The notes under the pieces: generated by a model
The model's database searches: none
What the model was told of the DNA's origin: nothing
Seen by the model: the letters and a program-made list of their open reading frames with translations, nothing else
Made by a program: the position numbers and the translations under genes
From: Candidatus Nanopelagicales bacterium
Lineage (GTDB): Bacteria; Actinomycetota; Actinomycetes; S36-B12
Direction: 5' to 3'
DNA: 40,929 nucleotides
NCBI GenBank assembly: GCA_049315365.1
Contig: JBMOKH010000003.1
Span: 1 to 40,929, forward strand
In this document: positions 29,143 through 38,377 of the stretch, one piece after another
Layout: the number at the start of each line of letters is the position of its first letter
Numbering within the stretch: position 1 is the first letter of the stretch

Positions 29143-32100
29143 ATGCAAACACGGGGCGGGTCCATGTCGTTCCTCCTCGACGCCTCGCCGCTGCTGGCAT
29201 CCGTGGCCCCGAGGCTCGATGAGGAGCAGCAGCAGGTCGTCGATCATCGGGCCGGCCCCCTGCTCGTGCTCGCCGGCCCGGGCACCGGCAAGACCACGAC
29301 CATCGTCGAGGCGATCGCCGCCAGGATCAACGATCCGGTCGATCCACTGCCGGCATCGTCGGTCCTCGCGCTGACCTTCGGCAAGCGGGCCGCCGGCGAA
29401 TTGCGCGATCGGGTCGTCACCCGACTCGGGGGCGGTCTGCTGCCGACCGTCGCGACCTTCCATGCTTTCGCCTACGGCCTGACGCTGCAGAACGGCACCG
29501 AGGAGGATTACCGGGAGCCGCCGCGACTCCTGTCCGGTGCCGAGGAGGATGTCCGGATCCGCGATCTCCTCCTCGGTGCGGTCGCCGACGGCGCGGTGGC
29601 CTGGCCTGAGGACTTGTCCGGGGCCCTTCACACGCTCGGCTTGGCAAACGAGGTGAGGGCGGTCCTCGCTCGCGCGAAGGAACTTGGGCTCGAGCCGCTG
29701 CAACTGCAGCGCATCGGAGCCAAGTCGGGCCGGCCCGCGTGGGAGGCGCTGGGGATCCTCGCCCGGCAGGAGAGCGAGGTCATGGTCCTCGAGAACGTCG
29801 TGGACTATGCCGAACTTCTGCACCGCGCGGTCATCTGGGCGCGGTCGCCGCAGGGTCGGCTTGCCCTTCACGGCCAGTTCCGGGCGGTGTTCGTCGACGA
29901 GTACCAAGACACTGACCCGCTCCAGGTTGCGCTGCTTGAGGCGCTGGTCGGGCCTCGCACGGCCATCATCGCGGTCGGCGACCCGGATCAGTCGATCTAC
30001 GCGTTCCGTGGGGCTGACGTCACCGGAATCTTCGACTTCCCCAACCGGTTCCGCGCCCCGGGGGGCTTGCCCGCCCCGACTGTGGTGCTGCGCCGCACGA
30101 GGCGATTCGGTCCCGATATCCGAGGCGCTGCGTCCCGGGTGATCGGAAGGCGGCCGCTTCGCCAACTCGAGCCCGCGACCGCGCATGCCCATCGCAATCC
30201 GGTCTGCGATCCGGCGTTCGAGGGCGGGGTGGTTGTCGCCTGCTTCGACAGCGAATCAACCCGTTCCGCGCATGTGGCCCAGCAGGTTCAGCATGCGCAC
30301 CTGCGCGAGGGCCGGGCGTGGTCGAGCATGGCGGTCATCGTTCGGTCATCCCAGTCGATCCCCCTCGTGCAGCGGGCGATGATCCAAGCGGGGGTTCCGG
30401 CCGCCGTGGCTGCCGATGAGGTGCCGCTGCGCCTTGAGCCGGCGGTAGCGGTGCTCCTCGGCGCCCTCGAGGTCGCCTGCGACCCGGGCCGCATGAGTGC
30501 CGCATCTGCGATTGACCTCCTGCGGCCCCCGCTCGGCGACCTCGATTCATGGCAACTCAGGCGCCTTGGGCGCCTGCTTCGCGCCCAGGCCCGTGACGCG
30601 GACCCGAGCGTCACGCCCGTCTCGTCCGATGAGCTCATTCGAGACCTGCTCCGTGGCACCATCACCATCGACCGCGATGACAGCGATGCCGACCTGTTCG
30701 CGAGCGTCGATCGCATGCGCCTGCTTATCGAGGCCGCTAGCGGGCAGGTCGCCAGGGGCGCGTCGCCCGCCGAGGTCCTGTGGACCCTTTGGTCAGGGCA
30801 GGTTGGGGGATCGACCCTCCACGGTTGGTCGGAGCGGCTGCGCCAGCAGGCCCTCGGCGGCTCCTACTCGGCCCATCACAACATCGATGCGGTGCTCGCC
30901 CTCTTCGAGACCGCCGAGCGTGCCTCGGCGCGATTCCGGGGTTTCGTCGGCATGAAGAACCTGCTCATCTCCCTTCGCGAGCAGCAGATTCCCGCGGAGC
31001 CGATCGCCGAGCGATCGGTGAGCATCGACGCCGTTCGGATTCTCACCGCCCACCGCGCCAAGGGCCTGGAGTGGGATGCCGTCTGGATCGTCGGGGCGGA
31101 GGAGGGCGTCTGGCCGGACCTGCGAACGCGCGGCTCGGTGCTCGAACCTGACCGGCTCACCCGTGCCGGCGTCGGCGATCCGGTGAGGCCTGCTGACCTG
31201 CTCGCCGAGGAGCGCCGGCTGTTCTTCGTCGCCCTGACCCGGGCCCGGCGGCGCGTGACCGTTGCCAGCCTGGCCTCGGATTCCGGCGGCGGTCCGCAAC
31301 CGAGTCGATTCATCGACGATCTGGGCATCGAGCCGAATCGAGTCCATGGCCGGCCGGCCTTCGCTGCCTCAACCCACGGTCTGGTGGCGCATCTGCGAGT
31401 CGTCGCATCAGACCCGGGTGCCTCGCAGGGCCTGCGCAGCGCTGCGATCGAGAGGCTTGGGCGCCTTGCGAGCGCGCGAGGAGACGCGGGGGAGCCGTTG
31501 GTGCGGGTGGCTGATCCTGACCACTGGTGGGGCATGCGCGCGGAAACGGTGAATGAGCGACCCGTGCGACCGCCGGATCAGCCGATTGCCCTGTCGGGCA
31601 GCGGCCTCGAATCGATCCTCACCTGCCCGCTCAAGTGGTTTCTGGAGCACGACGCCCATGCGGATGTCCCTCGTCCATCCTCGACGAAGTTCGGCAGTGT
31701 CATCCACGCAGTTGCCGACTACGTGGCCAAGGGCGAGGTTCCGGCCGACCTCGACAGCATGGATGCCCTCGTCGATCGCGTGTGGCGCGACCTTCGATTC
31801 GAGGCGGCGTGGCAGTCGGCGAGTGAGCGGGCCGAGGCCCGGGAGGCACTTTCGCGATTCCTCGTGTACCACCTGCGGGGTGATCGCGTCCTCCTCGCAA
31901 CCGAGCGTGAGTACCGTGCCGAGATTGCGGTCCCCACGACCGGCGGCGGATCGGAGGCGGTGCGACTACGTGGCTTCCTGGACCGCATTGAGCAAGATGG
32001 CTTAGGTCGCACGGTCGCGATCGACCTGAAGAACATCCGCAAGCCCGCGTCCGACACCACCTTGCCCTCGCACGCGCAACTGGGCGTCTATCAGTTGCTG

Positions 32101-32364
32101 CTGCGCGAGAATGGCGCTGAGGTAGGCGGCGCTGCCCTCGTGCAGTTGCGGGTTCCGGCCACCACCGGTGCCGCGGACCCGAAGGTTCAGTTCCAAGAGC
32201 CGCTTGGGCCCGAATCCCCCACCTGGGTCGAGATCGAGCTTGGCGAGGCGGCCGAGCTCCTTCGGGGCGAGGGCTTCGTGGCGAAGCCCAACTCGGGATG
32301 CCGGTTCTGCGCGTACCGACTCGTGTGCCCGTCGCAGCGTCAAGGAGAGCAGGTGGTCCTGTGA
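29143..32364 (+). CDS. adnA: ATP-dependent helicase-nuclease AdnA
   Basis: AGPGTGKT, VDEYQD, GDPDQSIYAFRGA, TAHRAKGLEW, EERRLFFVALTRA; C-terminal RecB-like nuclease with CP...CRFC..CP Fe-S ligands. Confidence 0.92.
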   Translation: MQTRGGSMSFLLDASPLLASVAPRLDEEQQQVVDHRAGPLLVLAGPGTGKTTTIVEAIAARINDPVDPLPASSVLALTFGKRAAGELRDRVVTRLGGGLLPTVATFHAFAYGLTLQNGTEEDYREPPRLLSGAEEDVRIRDLLLGAVADGAVAWPEDLSGALHTLGLANEVRAVLARAKELGLEPLQLQRIGAKSGRPAWEALGILARQESEVMVLENVVDYAELLHRAVIWARSPQGRLALHGQFRAVFVDEYQDTDPLQVALLEALVGPRTAIIAVGDPDQSIYAFRGADVTGIFDFPNRFRAPGGLPAPTVVLRRTRRFGPDIRGAASRVIGRRPLRQLEPATAHAHRNPVCDPAFEGGVVVACFDSESTRSAHVAQQVQHAHLREGRAWSSMAVIVRSSQSIPLVQRAMIQAGVPAAVAADEVPLRLEPAVAVLLGALEVACDPGRMSAASAIDLLRPPLGDLDSWQLRRLGRLLRAQARDADPSVTPVSSDELIRDLLRGTITIDRDDSDADLFASVDRMRLLIEAASGQVARGASPAEVLWTLWSGQVGGSTLHGWSERLRQQALGGSYSAHHNIDAVLALFETAERASARFRGFVGMKNLLISLREQQIPAEPIAERSVSIDAVRILTAHRAKGLEWDAVWIVGAEEGVWPDLRTRGSVLEPDRLTRAGVGDPVRPADLLAEERRLFFVALTRARRRVTVASLASDSGGGPQPSRFIDDLGIEPNRVHGRPAFAASTHGLVAHLRVVASDPGASQGLRSAAIERLGRLASARGDAGEPLVRVADPDHWWGMRAETVNERPVRPPDQPIALSGSGLESILTCPLKWFLEHDAHADVPRPSSTKFGSVIHAVADYVAKGEVPADLDSMDALVDRVWRDLRFEAAWQSASERAEAREALSRFLVYHLRGDRVLLATEREYRAEIAVPTTGGGSEAVRLRGFLDRIEQDGLGRTVAIDLKNIRKPASDTTLPSHAQLGVYQLLLRENGAEVGGAALVQLRVPATTGAADPKVQFQEPLGPESPTWVEIELGEAAELLRGEGFVAKPNSGCRFCAYRLVCPSQRQGEQVVL

Positions 32365-35300
32365 GGAGGGTTGAGCAGTCAGGCCAGGGGCAGCCGGTCA
32401 GCCGGGCCGATCTTGATCGCGCGATCGGCTTCCTGCTCAGCGACGAGCAGTGGGAAGTGGTGTCGGCCCCGCTTGAGCCCGCCGTGGTCGTGGCGGGCGC
32501 CGGCTCGGGCAAGACCACCTCAATGTCGGTGCGGATCGCCTGGCTCGTCGCAAGCGGAATGGCGCGGCCGGATTCGGTCATCGGCCTGACCTTCACCACG
32601 AAGGCGGCAGCCCAGCTGCTCGAGTCGATGCGAAGGGACATGCGATGCCTTGAGCGGGCCGGGCTCATGCCCGACCTCATGGGCCGGTTCACCGGCGCCG
32701 GCGCTGGCGCAGCGGCCGGTGATGACCGGTCCCGCGACGCGCACGGCTCCTTGCGGGCCGACGACTCGAAGGAGGCGGCGCAGGATTTCGAGGAAGAACC
32801 GGTGGGGGAGCCGCAGGTGCTCACCTACAACGCCTTCGCTGCACGGCTGCTGAGCGAGCACGGTATCCGCCTCGGGCTTGAGCCCGGGGCACAAATTCTT
32901 GGCGCAGGAGCCAGGCAGCAGCTCGCCTACCGGGTGGTGTGCAGGACGTCACTGCCGATAGCGGGCCTTGGCGCCTCCCCGATTTCCCTGACGAGCGACG
33001 TCCTCGCCCTTGACGACCAGCTGAGCGAGCTCGATATCGACCCGGAAGCCGTCATCGATCACGACGATGCCCTGATCGCGGAACTCGACTCACATGCCTC
33101 ACTTCAGAAGATCGGCGCGAGCATGCGGGCGACTGCCCAGGCCAGGCGCGTGCTCGCCATGCTCGTTATGGAATGGCGTGCCGAGAAGCAGTCCCGCGAC
33201 CTGCTGGACTTCACCGACCAGACGAGGCTGGCCCTCGAGATCATTCGCAGGTTCCCCGATGTCGCGGCGTCGATCCGTGCCCGGCACGGCGTCGTGCTCC
33301 TCGACGAGTATCAGGACACCTCGATCGCCCAGCGGCACCTGCTCCAGGCGTTGTTCGCCGACGGTCACCCAGTGACCGCCGTCGGCGATCCATGCCAGGC
33401 GATCTATGGCTGGCGTGGGGCGAGCGTTGACAACATCGAGGAATTCCCCGCGCACTTTCCGGTGATGCGGTCCGGGGTCGCAGAATCCTCCGCCCGCTAC
33501 GCACTGACGTTCAACCGTCGATCAGGTCCCAGCATCCTCGATGTGGCCAATGACCTCTCGCGTGGCTTGCGCAGCCGCCATACGGGTCTTGGGCGACTCG
33601 AGGCGGGCGACGTTGGCATCAAGGGCTCAGGCGATGTCCGGGTCGGGCTCTTCGAGACCGCTGCGGCGGAGAAGGAGTGGATCGTCGAGCAGATCACGGG
33701 CTGGCGGTCGAGGGTCGAGTCGTCGTTCACCGATGATCAGTGGAGCGACATTGCCATCCTGGCCGCCACCGGAAAGGACCTCGCGGAGTTCGATCGACTC
33801 CTTCGTGCCGCTGGCGTTCCCACCCAGCTCTACGGCGCTGCGGGTCTCATGCGGCAGCCTGTCGTCGTCGAATTGCGCAGCATGCTCGAGATCCTCTACA
33901 ACCCCATCGCAAACCCTGAGATGATCCGCATTCTCGCCGGACCGCGCCTGCGGCTTGGCCTGCGCGACATAGCGGCGCTGGGTGCGCGCGCCGCAGATCT
34001 GGCAGGCGGTGGCCACCGCTTCGTGACCGATGACGTTGAAGATGCACTCGACGAGGCCGTAGCAGGTGCCGACCCGGTGGAGGCGGTCTCACTCAGCGAT
34101 GCGCTGTTCGATCTCGGCAACCCCGGCCGCTTCTCGCCCGATGCGCTGCGGCGTCTTACGGAGTTCGCTGATGAGATTCGGGAGCTTCGGCGCCACGTCG
34201 GCGAGCCGATGACCGAGCTGATCTCACGGATCGGCCGGGTCACCGGCCTTGACGTGGAGTGCACCCTGGCCGCCGAAGCGCAGCAGCAGCAGTACGCGTG
34301 GTCGTCGTTCCTCGACCTGGCGGCAGACTTCGTCGACTTTGACGGCACGTCATCCCTTGGGGCATTCCTCAGCCGGTTGCGAGATGCCGAGCGATTCGAT
34401 GTCGAACTCCCACTTGACCTCGCAGTGCTGGGCAATGCAGTGCAACTCATGACCATCCACAAGTCCAAGGGCCTGGAGTTCCCGCACGTATTCGTCCCCT
34501 CGGTGGCCAAGTCCGCCTTCCCGGGTGCCCCAGCGCGATCCGAGTGGCCGACGTCGGCTGCGACCGTGCCGTGGCCCCTGCGGGCCGACACCAATGACGA
34601 GCTCGATTCCTTTCCGAGCGCAGAGGAGTCGCCAAGGGACAAGGACCACAAGGCGTACAAGACGATTCTTGCGGAGCTCAAGACGGCTGATGATGAGCGA
34701 CTCGCCTACGTGGCCCTCACCCGAGCCGAGTCCACGCTCATCGTCACGGGGCACTGGTGGGGGCCGACCCAGTCGACCCTGCGCGGCCCCGAGCCGTACC
34801 TGTCCGCAATCAGGCAGACCGTGCTCGACGGCATGGGCACGATCGTGGCGTGGCACCCGAAGCCTGACGACGGCGCCACCAATCCCTCGGCTGGCGCAAC
34901 CGAGGTCGAGTTTCCCTGGCCCGCGCCGATCGAGTCAGCCAGCGCCATCGCAGCCGTAGCCGATCGGGTGCGTGGTGCGATGGCGGACCCTCGGCGTGAT
35001 GGCCTGCCCGCGGGCCTGTCGGTTTCGGAGCAGGCGATGATCGCGCAGTGGGATGCCGATGCCGAGCTACTGCTGGACGAGGAACGTCGCAGGCGTCGTG
35101 AGCAGGTGATCGTCCCGCTGCCGTCCTCGCTGTCGGCCAGCTCGCTGATCAGGGCGCTGCGCGACCCCGTGGGCCTAGCCGTCGACCTCGCTCGGCCGAT
35201 GCCGCGCAGGCCCGCTCCGGCCGCCCGTCGAGGGACGGCATTCCATGCGTGGGTCGAGAGCCGCTATGGACAGCAGTCCCTGCTCGACCCCGACGACCTC

Positions 35301-35681
35301 CCCGGTGCCGGGGATGAGGACATCGCGAGCGATGCGGACCTCGATGCATTGAAGGCCACCTTCGAGGCCTCGGTGTTCGCGGGTCGCTCACCGGTCGCGA
35401 TCGAGGAGCCGTTTGCACTCGTTCTGGGCGGTCGGGTCGTTCGGGGTCGAATCGATGCGGTTTTCGAGCGCAACGGCCGCTACGACGTCATTGACTGGAA
35501 GACCGGTGGTTCGAGCGGGGCTGATCCGTATCAGCTGGCGATCTACTGCATTGCCTGGTCGCAGTTGCGCAACGTTCCCCTCAGCGACATCGATGCGGGA
35601 TTCTTCATGGTGTCCACCGGCGAGCTCATCCGACCCGATGCCATGCCCGACCTAGCGGAGCTGGCCCGCGGTCTAGCCTGA
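32361..35681 (+). CDS. adnB: ATP-dependent helicase-nuclease AdnB
   Basis: AGAGSGKT, LDEYQDTS, GDPCQAIYGWRGA, TIHKSKGLEF, RGTAFHAWVE, GRIDAVF...IDWKTG; start moved to GTG 32361 (GTGA overlap with the adnA stop). Confidence 0.93.
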   Translation: MRRVEQSGQGQPVSRADLDRAIGFLLSDEQWEVVSAPLEPAVVVAGAGSGKTTSMSVRIAWLVASGMARPDSVIGLTFTTKAAAQLLESMRRDMRCLERAGLMPDLMGRFTGAGAGAAAGDDRSRDAHGSLRADDSKEAAQDFEEEPVGEPQVLTYNAFAARLLSEHGIRLGLEPGAQILGAGARQQLAYRVVCRTSLPIAGLGASPISLTSDVLALDDQLSELDIDPEAVIDHDDALIAELDSHASLQKIGASMRATAQARRVLAMLVMEWRAEKQSRDLLDFTDQTRLALEIIRRFPDVAASIRARHGVVLLDEYQDTSIAQRHLLQALFADGHPVTAVGDPCQAIYGWRGASVDNIEEFPAHFPVMRSGVAESSARYALTFNRRSGPSILDVANDLSRGLRSRHTGLGRLEAGDVGIKGSGDVRVGLFETAAAEKEWIVEQITGWRSRVESSFTDDQWSDIAILAATGKDLAEFDRLLRAAGVPTQLYGAAGLMRQPVVVELRSMLEILYNPIANPEMIRILAGPRLRLGLRDIAALGARAADLAGGGHRFVTDDVEDALDEAVAGADPVEAVSLSDALFDLGNPGRFSPDALRRLTEFADEIRELRRHVGEPMTELISRIGRVTGLDVECTLAAEAQQQQYAWSSFLDLAADFVDFDGTSSLGAFLSRLRDAERFDVELPLDLAVLGNAVQLMTIHKSKGLEFPHVFVPSVAKSAFPGAPARSEWPTSAATVPWPLRADTNDELDSFPSAEESPRDKDHKAYKTILAELKTADDERLAYVALTRAESTLIVTGHWWGPTQSTLRGPEPYLSAIRQTVLDGMGTIVAWHPKPDDGATNPSAGATEVEFPWPAPIESASAIAAVADRVRGAMADPRRDGLPAGLSVSEQAMIAQWDADAELLLDEERRRRREQVIVPLPSSLSASSLIRALRDPVGLAVDLARPMPRRPAPAARRGTAFHAWVESRYGQQSLLDPDDLPGAGDEDIASDADLDALKATFEASVFAGRSPVAIEEPFALVLGGRVVRGRIDAVFERNGRYDVIDWKTGGSSGADPYQLAIYCIAWSQLRNVPLSDIDAGFFMVSTGELIRPDAMPDLAELARGLA

Positions 35682-35738
35682 GGCCACCCGCCCCGCTGCC
35701 GGCAACAACACGGGCCTCGGCCAGGGGGCGCACTGCCC

Positions 35739-35839
35739 GCCCCGTCATTTCATCCAGCATCTGGGACAACGTGCAGAATTCGGGCGAAATCGGCCAGAAT
35801 TCTGCAGTTTCTCCCGGATCATGGATCAAACGACGGGGC
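35739..35839. repeat. ~100-bp imperfect inverted repeat between convergent adnB and the acyltransferase gene
   Basis: Nested pairings GCCCCGTC/GACGGGGC, ATCCA/TGGAT, ATCTGGGA/TCCCGGAT, TGCAGAATTC/GAATTCTGCA. Confidence 0.8.
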
Positions 35840-35857
35840 TAGGGGGTGACGGCCGAG

Positions 35858-37129
35858 TTAGGGGCTGGGAGTCTTCGGGGGCAGCGTGATGGGCTCCGGG
35901 CCGCTGTCAAGGCGCTCGGCGACTGCCTCGCCGGCCTCCTCAGTCGGTGTGCGCCGGGCCCCGGCGAGTCCGCGCATCCACTCGCGCGCAGGCTCCTCGA
36001 CGAAGCGCCACATGAGCCAGGCGATGGCCAGGGCTGCGCCTACGAGGACGAGCAGTCCGATCGCGTACAGCGGTCCGCCGTCGATACCGGCGGCGCGCAT
36101 GGCAGCCCGCCACAGGCCGAAGGCAACGAGGTGGGTCATGTACAGCGAGTAGGAGATGAACCCACCGAGGACGAGCGCCCTCGTCGCTAGCCCGCGTGAC
36201 ACCCGGCCGCGAGCGAGCGCGAGCGCCCCGAGCCAGGCAATGAGGAACGGCACGAGGAGCAGGTGGAAGTACGGGGGCATCGGCTCGGCATCGCCGGAGA
36301 TGTCGAGGGCAATCGGCGGCTGGGCGATCGGCAGGTTGGCGAGCATTACCGCGCCGGCGACGACTGCCAGCGGGAGCAGCCAAGAGAGGAATCCTGCGCC
36401 GCGAAGGGTCCGGGGTCCGGGGTCGCCGGCGCCGTCGGGCAGCAGGCGAACGACGATGAGGTAGGTGACGGCACCGGCCGTGAACTCGGTGAGGATGCGG
36501 ATCGTCGAGCCCCAGTTGTCGGTGTAGTAGGAGTCGGTGGTCGACAGGCCATAGATGACGAGCGGGGTGATGCTGGCACACCACAGGGCGATGAGCAGGC
36601 CAAGGCCGAGCCGCTTGTGGCAACGCCAGAGGACAAGGATGAGGAGCGGAAAGATGAGGTAGGCAAGCCACTCCATCGAGAGCGACCACGCCACGAAATT
36701 CCAGCCGCGCTGCGGCTGCGCACCCCATTCCTGAACGAGCAGCAGGTTGCGGGTGAAGTCGAGAGGGTTCAGCCAGGCTCGGTCGAGCGTGTCGCCCGTG
36801 ACCTTTGCCTGGGCGACCACGGCGACGCCTGCGACGACGAGCATGACGAGATGGACGGGGTAGACGCGCGCGAGCCGGAGCCACCAGAAGTTCAGGGTCT
36901 CGCGTACCCGGGCGCGCTGGCCGAGGCGATTGAGATAGGTGTGGGTGAGGATGAAGCCGGAGAGCGCGAAGAACAGGTCGACCCCGAGTCGCCCGACGTT
37001 GAGTACGTCGGGGAGGACTGGGATGGCGAGCAGGCCGACCCTGTCGAGTGGCCCCTGAAGGTGATACAGCAGGACCCAGGCTGCTGCGACGAATCGGACT
37101 CCGGTCAGCTGCCGAATGAACACGTTCAC
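35858..37129 (-). CDS. Acyltransferase-3 (OafA/YrhL-like) membrane O-acyltransferase
   Basis: LTGVRFVAAAWVLLYH, GVDLFFALSGFIL, RLARVYP, WSLSMEW, GFISYSLYMTH, FVEEP. Confidence 0.93.
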   Translation of the reverse strand: MNVFIRQLTGVRFVAAAWVLLYHLQGPLDRVGLLAIPVLPDVLNVGRLGVDLFFALSGFILTHTYLNRLGQRARVRETLNFWWLRLARVYPVHLVMLVVAGVAVVAQAKVTGDTLDRAWLNPLDFTRNLLLVQEWGAQPQRGWNFVAWSLSMEWLAYLIFPLLILVLWRCHKRLGLGLLIALWCASITPLVIYGLSTTDSYYTDNWGSTIRILTEFTAGAVTYLIVVRLLPDGAGDPGPRTLRGAGFLSWLLPLAVVAGAVMLANLPIAQPPIALDISGDAEPMPPYFHLLLVPFLIAWLGALALARGRVSRGLATRALVLGGFISYSLYMTHLVAFGLWRAAMRAAGIDGGPLYAIGLLVLVGAALAIAWLMWRFVEEPAREWMRGLAGARRTPTEEAGEAVAERLDSGPEPITLPPKTPSP

Positions 37130-37162
37130 CTAGGCATCGTGTCACGCAATTACCCTTGCCAT

Positions 37163-38098
37163 GTGACGAACCCCCGGCTCCTCGATGACCTCCTCCTTTC
37201 GCGCGCGGCAATTGAGCGTGCTGCGCACCTGCGCGCGGACGGTGATTGGCAGCTGGCGCGCACGAGCGACCCTCGGTCGCTCGTGGTCTGGGTGGAGGGC
37301 AGCGCGACCGCGGTTGCGCCCGGTGAGGGGGCGCCGGCCCTGCACCTCACGCCCGTCACGGAGTTTGGCGACCCCTTGGGACTGTCCTTCCTCGGTGTCG
37401 ATGCGGATGACCGGGCCTACTTCGCCGCGCACCTGGATTCACGGGAGCACCCGGCGCTTGCGGCGGACACCCGGTGGTCATCGCTGCGAACGATCGGCAG
37501 CGGGCTCTCGGACCTCGATGCGGGCCTGTCGGTCACTGCGGTGGCGCTGGACAACTGGCGCGCGCGCACCCGCTGGTGCTCTGCGTGCGGCAGTGCGCTC
37601 GCGATTCGAAATGCCGGTTGGTCCCTGCGCTGCGAGGACGATGGCGTCGAGCACTTCCCGCGGACGGATCCGGCCGTGATCGTTCTCGTCCGCGATCGTG
37701 ATGACCGGGCGCTGCTCGGTCGCCACGTGAACTGGCCGGAGGGGCGCATGTCGACCTTCGCGGGATTCGTCGAGGCGGGGGAGTCGGCGGAGGCCGCGGT
37801 GCGAAGGGAGCTGACGGAGGAGACGGGCGTGGTGATCGGCCCGGACCACGACGACGTGCAGTACCTCGGCAGCCAGCCGTGGCCATTCCCGTGCTCGCTC
37901 ATGCTCGGCTACCACGCATGGGCCTCTCATACGGAGATCAACGTGGATGGCGAGGAGATCGCAGAGGCCCACTGGTTCACCCGGGCGGAGCTCCTTGCTG
38001 CCTGCGTGAGCCAGGAGGTGACCCTCCCCTCGCCGGTGTCGATCTCGCGCAAGCTCATCGAGCGCTGGTACGGCGAAGTGCTGCCCGGAGAGTGGTGA
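37163..38098 (+). CDS. nudC: NAD(+)/NADH diphosphatase (NAD-cap decapping Nudix enzyme)
   Basis: CSACG Zn ribbon, FPRTDPAVI, Nudix AGFVEAGESAEAAVRRELTEETG, SQPWPFP; start moved to GTG 37163 (TACCCT-N6-GTG). Confidence 0.96.
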   Translation: MTNPRLLDDLLLSRAAIERAAHLRADGDWQLARTSDPRSLVVWVEGSATAVAPGEGAPALHLTPVTEFGDPLGLSFLGVDADDRAYFAAHLDSREHPALAADTRWSSLRTIGSGLSDLDAGLSVTAVALDNWRARTRWCSACGSALAIRNAGWSLRCEDDGVEHFPRTDPAVIVLVRDRDDRALLGRHVNWPEGRMSTFAGFVEAGESAEAAVRRELTEETGVVIGPDHDDVQYLGSQPWPFPCSLMLGYHAWASHTEINVDGEEIAEAHWFTRAELLAACVSQEVTLPSPVSISRKLIERWYGEVLPGEW

Positions 38099-38119
38099 CG
38101 AGACTGGGCGAAGGAGGGG

Positions 38120-38353
38120 TTAGGTGAGCCCGAGCTTGGCCTTGACCTGCCCGATCGATGGATTGGTCGCCGCGCTGCCATCGTCGTAGACGAGGGTCGG
38201 CACTGTCTGGTTCCCGCCATTGACGGCCTCGACGAGGGCGGCGGCCTCGGGGTCGTGCTCGATGTCGATCTCCTCGAAGGCGATGCCCTCGCGGGTCATC
38301 TGCGCCTTGAGTCGCTGGCAGTAGCCGCACCACACGGTCGTGTACATCTTCAT
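38120..38353 (-). CDS. mrx1: Mycoredoxin (glutaredoxin-like)
   Basis: MYTTVWCGYC, GGNQTVPT, ATNPS; located between nudC and uvrD2; start ATG 38353. Confidence 0.93.
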   Translation of the reverse strand: MKMYTTVWCGYCQRLKAQMTREGIAFEEIDIEHDPEAAALVEAVNGGNQTVPTLVYDDGSAATNPSIGQVKAKLGLT

Positions 38354-38377
38354 AGACAGGGACGCTACCGTGCCCCA

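Noticed and set aside
29143-35681. Novel helicase-nuclease defence system
   Set aside because: Motifs and synteny with nudC, mrx1 and uvrD2 identify the known AdnAB repair complex.
36263-37162. 300-aa N-terminal extension of NudC
   Set aside because: It is the antisense shadow of the acyltransferase gene; the real start fits GTG 37163.
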